55,377 nt of DNA from Flavobacteriales bacterium. Its GTDB lineage: Bacteria > Bacteroidota > Bacteroidia > Flavobacteriales_F > PHOS-HE28. The stretch covers positions 1 through 55,377 of the forward strand of contig JAEUSW010000177.1 of the NCBI GenBank assembly GCA_016788285.1. The letters run 5' to 3'. The notes under the pieces were generated by a model. It was not told the origin of the DNA and ran no database searches. It saw nothing but the letters and a program-made list of their open reading frames with translations. A program made the position numbers and the translations under genes. Numbering within the stretch: position 1 is the stretch's first letter; each line of letters begins with the position of its first letter. This document shows, piece after piece, positions 50,596 to 55,377 of the stretch.

Positions 50596-52017
50596 ATGCG
50601 GGAGCAGGTTCGGGCGTGGGCACCGGCGCTGGTGCTGATCACCATCTGGGCCGCGCTGGCCATCCTCCTCGGCGGGGCCGGGTTCGAGGGGCTGCTCGGG
50701 GCCGATGCGCACGACTACCTGCGGCTCGCGCGTCAGTGGACGGCCTGGGCGCAGGGCGGGCCGCGCCCGGTGATGGTGGAGCACCCGATGGGGTATCCCG
50801 TGCTGGGTGCGTTGCTGGGCGGCGCTTTCGGTGCGGAGCATCCGGCGCTGAGGCTGGTGACGGGCCTGTCCTGGGTGGTGCTGGTGCTCGCCGTGCGGAG
50901 CATCCTTCATCGCCAGGCCGGGCCGGGGCACCGAGCAGGCCGGTACGCGCTGCTGATCGTCGGTGGCGCACCCTTCGTGCTGCGCTACGCCCACACGGTG
51001 ATGAGCGACGTGCCCGCGATGGCGGCGGTGCTGGTCGCCACAGCGGCCACGCTCCGCTGGAACGACGGACGGCGGTGGCCGGACCTTGCGACGGCCGCGG
51101 CGGCGGGCGCCATGGCGGTGGGCCTACGCACGGCCTGCGCCCCGCTGGTGCTGGTCTTGGCGTTGACCTGGCCGTGGGGGCTTCCGTCGGGCCGGCGCGG
51201 GTGGCTGTGGGCGCTGGCCGCCATCGTGGCGTTGGCCGGGGCCCTCCTCATCGCGGCGAACGCCGGCCTGCCGGCCCTGCGCACCCCGTTGCAGGAGTGG
51301 TCCGTGCCGCACATGCTGGCGCGGACGCACACCTCGGACGACGGCGTGCTGCGCTACACCCTGCCCAACGTGCTCTACGTGCTCGGGGTGTTCGTGCATC
51401 CCGGGCTGTTGCCCGCAGGGCTGTTGGTGCTGCCGTTCGTGCGGCGGGTCGATGCGCGCGTGCCGGCGGTGCGGTTGGCGCTCGTGCTTCTGGCGGCGTA
51501 CCTGCTGCTGCTGGCGGGCCTGCCCTTCCAGAACGACCGGGTGCTGGCCCTGGGACAGCCGTTCGCGGCGATCGCGCTGTTCCCGGCCTTCGGCCGTGCG
51601 CTGGCCTGGGTGGAGGAGCGCGGTGCGGCGCGCGTGCCGGTGATGCGGGCCCTTGCGCTCGTGCAGCTGCTGTTGTTCGTGCGGGCGATGGCGCCCTTCG
51701 TGCGGCAGGCGGGCGAGGAGCGGGAACTGGCGCGGATGGTGCGCGCGCTGCGGCCGCAGGTGGTGTACACGCACGGAATGGGCGGCCCGCTGATGGAGCA
51801 GGTGCCCGGGGTGGCCGTGCATGAGCTGTGGTACGGCCGCATCGCGCGGTTCGAGCCCGGTGCGCTGGTGGTGGTGCGCCCCGCCGCCCTGGCCGGGCAA
51901 TGGGCGGGCCTGCCGCCGGCGACCAACTGGGAAGCGGCCATCGCGCAGGGCGCCCGGGTGCTGTGGCACGGGCCGGACGGGTGGGTGGTGGCGCAACTGC
52001 CCCGGGAGCGCCGCTGA
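50596..52017 (+). CDS. Multi-TM GT-C-like (ArnT/PMT-type) glycosyltransferase candidate
   Basis: About 10 hydrophobic segments; DAHDY after TM1, HPMGYP, MSDVP and a late QNDR motif; TACTTTGG promoter at 50580. Confidence 0.6.
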   Translation: MREQVRAWAPALVLITIWAALAILLGGAGFEGLLGADAHDYLRLARQWTAWAQGGPRPVMVEHPMGYPVLGALLGGAFGAEHPALRLVTGLSWVVLVLAVRSILHRQAGPGHRAGRYALLIVGGAPFVLRYAHTVMSDVPAMAAVLVATAATLRWNDGRRWPDLATAAAAGAMAVGLRTACAPLVLVLALTWPWGLPSGRRGWLWALAAIVALAGALLIAANAGLPALRTPLQEWSVPHMLARTHTSDDGVLRYTLPNVLYVLGVFVHPGLLPAGLLVLPFVRRVDARVPAVRLALVLLAAYLLLLAGLPFQNDRVLALGQPFAAIALFPAFGRALAWVEERGAARVPVMRALALVQLLLFVRAMAPFVRQAGEERELARMVRALRPQVVYTHGMGGPLMEQVPGVAVHELWYGRIARFEPGALVVVRPAALAGQWAGLPPATNWEAAIAQGARVLWHGPDGWVVAQLPRERR

Positions 52018-52042
52018 TGACCCCAAGCTCCGCTATCTTATC

Positions 52043-52058
52043 CGTCAAGACATTGACG
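52043..52058. promoter_or_regulatory. Palindromic operator candidate upstream of the dnaE2-like gene
   Basis: CGTCAA-gaca-TTGACG in an AT-rich patch just after a -7-like TATCTTAT. Confidence 0.5.
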
Positions 52059-52078
52059 CAAAATACGTCGTGTCCGCC

Positions 52079-52209
52079 AGGGATGGAAGCGGCGGACCGG
52101 TGAAGCGAAGCGCGAGCGGCGCACGGAGCGAGGAGGCTGCGAGGAACGAGCAGACCCCGGAGCCCGATGCGATGCCGCGTGCCGCAAGCCGGCCCGAGCG
52201 GACAGCCCG
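52079..52209 (+). ncRNA. Long imperfect rod-like RNA or repeat element in the dnaE2 leader (possibly Flavo-1-like)
   Basis: Nested pairings cggaccggt/gccggcccg, gcggc/gccgc and ctgc-gaggaacga-gcag; ends gggatggaagcggc and gagcggacagccc. Confidence 0.45.
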
Positions 52210-52236
52210 CAGGCGGCCACCCGATCGGACATCCCC

Positions 52237-55200
52237 ATGTACCTCAACTGCCACAGCTGGTTCAGCTTCAAGCACGGCGTACTGAAGCCCGATGCGCTCC
52301 TGGAGGAAGCGGCACGGCAGGGCGTGCGCACCTTCGCCCTCACCGACATCCACTGCTCGGCCGGCATCCCCGACCTGGTGCGCGACGCCCCGCGCTACGG
52401 CGTGCGCCCGGTGGCGGGCATCGAGTTCCGGCAGGGCCCGAAGCTGCTCTACATCGGGATCGCGAAGAACAACGCCGGCTTCCAGCAACTGAACGAACTG
52501 CTGAGCCCGCACCTGCTGGATGACGAGGCCCTGCCGGAGCGCCCCCCCGAACTGGCGGATGTGTTCTTCATCCACCCCTTCGCCCACGCGCCGCACCCAC
52601 TGCGGCCGAACGAGCGCGTGGGCATCAGACCCACCGATCTCACGCGGCTGCCCTTCTCGCCGTGGAGGAACAGGATGGACGACCTCGTCGCGCTGATGCC
52701 CGTGACCTTCCGCACGAAGAAGGACCACAACATCCACCGCCTGCTGCGCACGGTGGCGCTCAACACCGTGGTGAGCATGCTGCCGCAGGAGGAGCTCGCC
52801 GGGCCGGACGAGTGCTTCCGCAGTGAGGAGGAGGCGCGCAGGACCTACCGTGACGTCCCGCAGCTGCTCACGAACGCGGAGCGCCTGCTGGAACAATGCC
52901 ACATCGCCTTCGACGGCAGCGACAAGACGCGGGTGGCCTTCACCAACGACCTGCGGGCCGACCGCGAGAAGCTGCACCGCGACACGCGTGAAGGCCTGCG
53001 CTACCGGTATGCGGAGGTGACGCCGAGGATCCTGGCGCGCATGCACCACGAGCTGGACGTGATCGAGCGCATGGGCTTCATCAGCTATTTCCTCATCAAC
53101 CAGGACATCGTCAACCACGCCCGCGGCCGGGGCTTCTTCCACGTGGGGCGCGGCAGCGGTGCCAACAGCCTCGTGGCCTATTGCCTGCGCATCACGGACG
53201 TGGACCCGATGGAGCTCGACCTGTACTTCGAGCGCTTCATCAACCCCGCGCGCAAGAAGCCGCCCGACTTCGACATCGACTTCAGCTGGAAGGACCGCGA
53301 TGAGGTGTACCGCTACGTGTTCGACAAGTACAACACGCCGGACGGCCGTGCGGGCGGGATCCACGCCGCGCAGATCGCCACCTACACCACCTTCCAATGG
53401 CGCGGTGCGATCCGTGAACTGGGCAAGGCGGTGGGCCTTCCGCCGGCGGAGATCGATGCGTTGAGCGAGGGCGACCACGGCTACTACGCCCGCGGCCGGC
53501 CCAGCGCGTATTCGAAGAGCGGCGACCTGGACAAGGTGGCGCGGGCGGTGGTGCGCTATGCGAAGGAGCTGATCGGCATGCCGCACCACCTGGGCATCCA
53601 CGCGGGCGGCATCGTGATCACGGAGAAGCCGGTGACGCACTTCGCCGCGCTGTTCCGTCCGCCGAAGGGTTTTCCGGTGACGCAGATCAGCATGCTGGAG
53701 TGCGAGGACATGGGCCTGCACAAGTTCGATCTGCTGAGCCAGCGCGGGCTGGGGCACATACGCGATGCGGTGGAGCTGGTGAACAAGGCTCAAGTGACAA
53801 GTCACAAGTCGCAAGTCCCCAAGACGAACGCCCTTCAAGCTTGTGACTTGAGCCTTGGGACTTGTGACTTCCGCGAAGCGGTCGACATCCACGACATCGC
53901 GCGCTTCAAGCAGGATCCCGCGATCAAGGAACTGTTGCGCAAGGGCGACACCATCGGCTGCTTCTATGTGGAGAGCCCGGCCATGCGCATGCTGTTGAAG
54001 AAGCTGAAGGTGGACGACTACCTGGGGCTGGTGGCGGCGAGCAGCATCATCCGTCCGGGCGTGGCGGAGAGCGGCATGATGCGCGAGTACCTGCTGCGGC
54101 ACAACGATCCCGAGCGCGTGAAGCAGGCGCCCAAGCGGTTGCTGGAGATCATGCCCGAGACCTACGGCGTGATGGTGTACCAGGAGGATGTGATCAAGGT
54201 GGTGCACCTCTACGGCGGGCTGGACCTGGAGGAGTCCGATCAGGTGCGGCGCGGCATGAACATCCGCTACCGCGACCGGCCCGAGTTCAAGCTGGTGGAG
54301 CGGAAGTTCTTCGACAACTGCACCGCCTTCGGCTATCCGCCCGGCGAGGCCGAGGAGGTGTGGCGGCAGATCCAGAGCTTCGCCAGCTTCAGCTTTGCGA
54401 AGGGCCACAGCGCCAGCTACGCGGTGGAGAGCTACCAGAGCCTCTACCTGAAGGCGCACCACCCGCTGGAGTTCCTGGTGGGCGTGGCCAACAACTTCGG
54501 CGGCTTCTACCGCACGGAGTTCTACCTGCACGAGGCGAAGCGCGCCGGGGCCGCGATCGAGGCGCCGTGCATCAACACGAGCGAGGAGTTGTGTTCGTTG
54601 GTGAATGGTGAATGGCCAACGGCGAATGGGGATTGGCGCCAGTCGCCATTCGCCAACTCCCATTCACGGGCGAAGACGCGCATCTTCCTCGGCCTCGGCA
54701 ACATCAAGAGCTTGGAGAACGGAACCGTGCAGCTCATCCTGCACGAGCGCCGGCGCAACGGCCCCTTCACGGACCTGCAGGACCTGCTGAAGCGCGTGCC
54801 CCTGGCCGTGGAACAGGCGCGCATCCTCATCCGTGCCGGCGCGCTCCGCTTCACCGGCAAGAGCAAGCCGCAACTGCTGTGGGACCTGACACTGCTGCAC
54901 AGACCCGCGAGCGTCACCGCCGATGGCGACCTCTTCACCACGCGCGTGGAGGAACCGCGGCTGCCCGACCTGGAGCACTACCCCTTGGCCGACGCCTACG
55001 ATGAGCTGGAACTGCTCGGGTTCCCGCTGTGCGATCCGTTCACGCTGGTCGAGGAGCAGTGCCCGCGCACGGAGCGGACGCGCGACAGTGCCGGCACGCA
55101 AGGCCAGCGCACGACAGTGCCCGCGCACCGGCCAGCACGCGACAGTGCCCACGCGCAAACGCCCGGTGCGGCAGCACTGTCCACTGCGCGCGAAGGAATG

Positions 55201-55377
55201 AGCGGAGGCCCTGTTGCGCGAGAGCCCCGCGCGGTGGCACTGTCCACTGCGTGCGAGGAAGTGAGCGAGGGCACTGTCCGCATTCCAGCGCGAGGGATGA
55301 GCGCGTACGTGGGCAGAACGGTGGAGATGCTCGGCTACATGATCCACGTGAAGGCCACCACCACACAGACGGGCAAC
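52237..55377 (+). CDS. dnaE2: DNA polymerase III alpha subunit, DnaE2-like (3' truncated; absent from the ORF track)
   Basis: Manual translation: PHP start MYLNCHSWFSF..ALTD, GRGSGANSLVAY, catalytic FERF..PPDFDIDF, YQED and FAKGHSASYA; OB fold begins at the window end. Confidence 0.9.
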   Translation, partial: MYLNCHSWFSFKHGVLKPDALLEEAARQGVRTFALTDIHCSAGIPDLVRDAPRYGVRPVAGIEFRQGPKLLYIGIAKNNAGFQQLNELLSPHLLDDEALPERPPELADVFFIHPFAHAPHPLRPNERVGIRPTDLTRLPFSPWRNRMDDLVALMPVTFRTKKDHNIHRLLRTVALNTVVSMLPQEELAGPDECFRSEEEARRTYRDVPQLLTNAERLLEQCHIAFDGSDKTRVAFTNDLRADREKLHRDTREGLRYRYAEVTPRILARMHHELDVIERMGFISYFLINQDIVNHARGRGFFHVGRGSGANSLVAYCLRITDVDPMELDLYFERFINPARKKPPDFDIDFSWKDRDEVYRYVFDKYNTPDGRAGGIHAAQIATYTTFQWRGAIRELGKAVGLPPAEIDALSEGDHGYYARGRPSAYSKSGDLDKVARAVVRYAKELIGMPHHLGIHAGGIVITEKPVTHFAALFRPPKGFPVTQISMLECEDMGLHKFDLLSQRGLGHIRDAVELVNKAQVTSHKSQVPKTNALQACDLSLGTCDFREAVDIHDIARFKQDPAIKELLRKGDTIGCFYVESPAMRMLLKKLKVDDYLGLVAASSIIRPGVAESGMMREYLLRHNDPERVKQAPKRLLEIMPETYGVMVYQEDVIKVVHLYGGLDLEESDQVRRGMNIRYRDRPEFKLVERKFFDNCTAFGYPPGEAEEVWRQIQSFASFSFAKGHSASYAVESYQSLYLKAHHPLEFLVGVANNFGGFYRTEFYLHEAKRAGAAIEAPCINTSEELCSLVNGEWPTANGDWRQSPFANSHSRAKTRIFLGLGNIKSLENGTVQLILHERRRNGPFTDLQDLLKRVPLAVEQARILIRAGALRFTGKSKPQLLWDLTLLHRPASVTADGDLFTTRVEEPRLPDLEHYPLADAYDELELLGFPLCDPFTLVEEQCPRTERTRDSAGTQGQRTTVPAHRPARDSAHAQTPGAAALSTAREGMSGGPVAREPRAVALSTACEEVSEGTVRIPARGMSAYVGRTVEMLGYMIHVKATTTQTGN
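53784..53871. repeat. In-frame inverted heptamer array (CAAGTCA-type)
   Basis: caaggct caagtga caagtca caagtcg caagtcc ... aagcttg tgacttg agccttg ggacttg tgacttc. Confidence 0.88.
54595..54667. repeat. In-frame inverted heptamer array (YGAATGG-type)
   Basis: tgaatgg tgaatgg ccaacgg cgaatgg ggattgg cg ccagtcg ccattcg ccaactc ccattca. Confidence 0.88.
55054..55280. repeat. In-frame GACAGTGCC / GGCACTGTC inverted repeat cluster
   Basis: Four cagtgcc copies at 55057, 55086, 55115 and 55143, then inverted copies near 55174, 55208 (degenerate), 55237 and 55271. Confidence 0.85.

Noticed and set aside
44930-50600. RiPP cluster interpretation of the radical SAM operon
   Set aside because: No precursor peptide, SPASM or RRE domain, peptidase or transporter was seen in the operon.
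52045-54663. 872-aa minus-strand ORF and similar long ORFs (2858-4642, 21529-23772, 27137-28639, 29987-32119)
   Set aside because: Antisense shadows of real genes caused by high-GC codon bias; no recognisable motifs.
55054-55160. Regularly spaced repeats as a mini-CRISPR array
   Set aside because: The conserved core is only about 9 nt with a 29-bp period, it lies inside an open reading frame, it has inverted partner copies, and no cas genes are present.
52237-55377. Inteins as the explanation for the DnaE inserts
   Set aside because: The inserts are only about 23-70 aa, lack intein terminal motifs (C/S start, HN end) and are DNA-level palindromes.

Overview
High-GC Bacteroidota DNA, probably Flavobacteriales-like. 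Evidence: a primary sigma factor without region 1.1, TAnnTTTG-type -7 promoters, and many type IX secretion (T9SS) C-terminal domains. The window is mostly housekeeping: long-form GAPDH, primary sigma-70, DegP/HtrA, dapF, mltG, phosphohexomutase, RNase P RNA, trxB, TonB-dependent receptor, tRNA-Pro(GGG), tRNA-Arg(CCG), M1 aminopeptidase, fused 2-oxoacid dehydrogenase E1, Hsp15 and typA. Large secreted proteins are interspersed: a Cys-rich repeat protein, an FG-GAP protein, a tandem-PDZ protein, an S8 protease with a MAM domain, a ThuA-like protein and a purple acid phosphatase. No integrase, transposase, prophage or CRISPR array was seen. The most notable signals are: (1) a DnaE2-like polymerase gene (52237 to window end, missing from the ORF track) with three different in-frame palindromic repeat insertions, a long structured leader element and a palindromic operator; (2) a tightly coupled five-gene operon of unknown product (nucleotidyltransferase-like, two B12-dependent radical SAM enzymes, two methyltransferases) facing a divergent GT-C-like membrane protein; (3) a degenerate tRNA-Pro copy with a replaced anticodon arm, placed as the leader of the true tRNA-Pro; (4) a phased GTTAA repeat at matching positions upstream of degP and the PDZ gene. 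All calls come from reading motifs by eye; no database searches were run.
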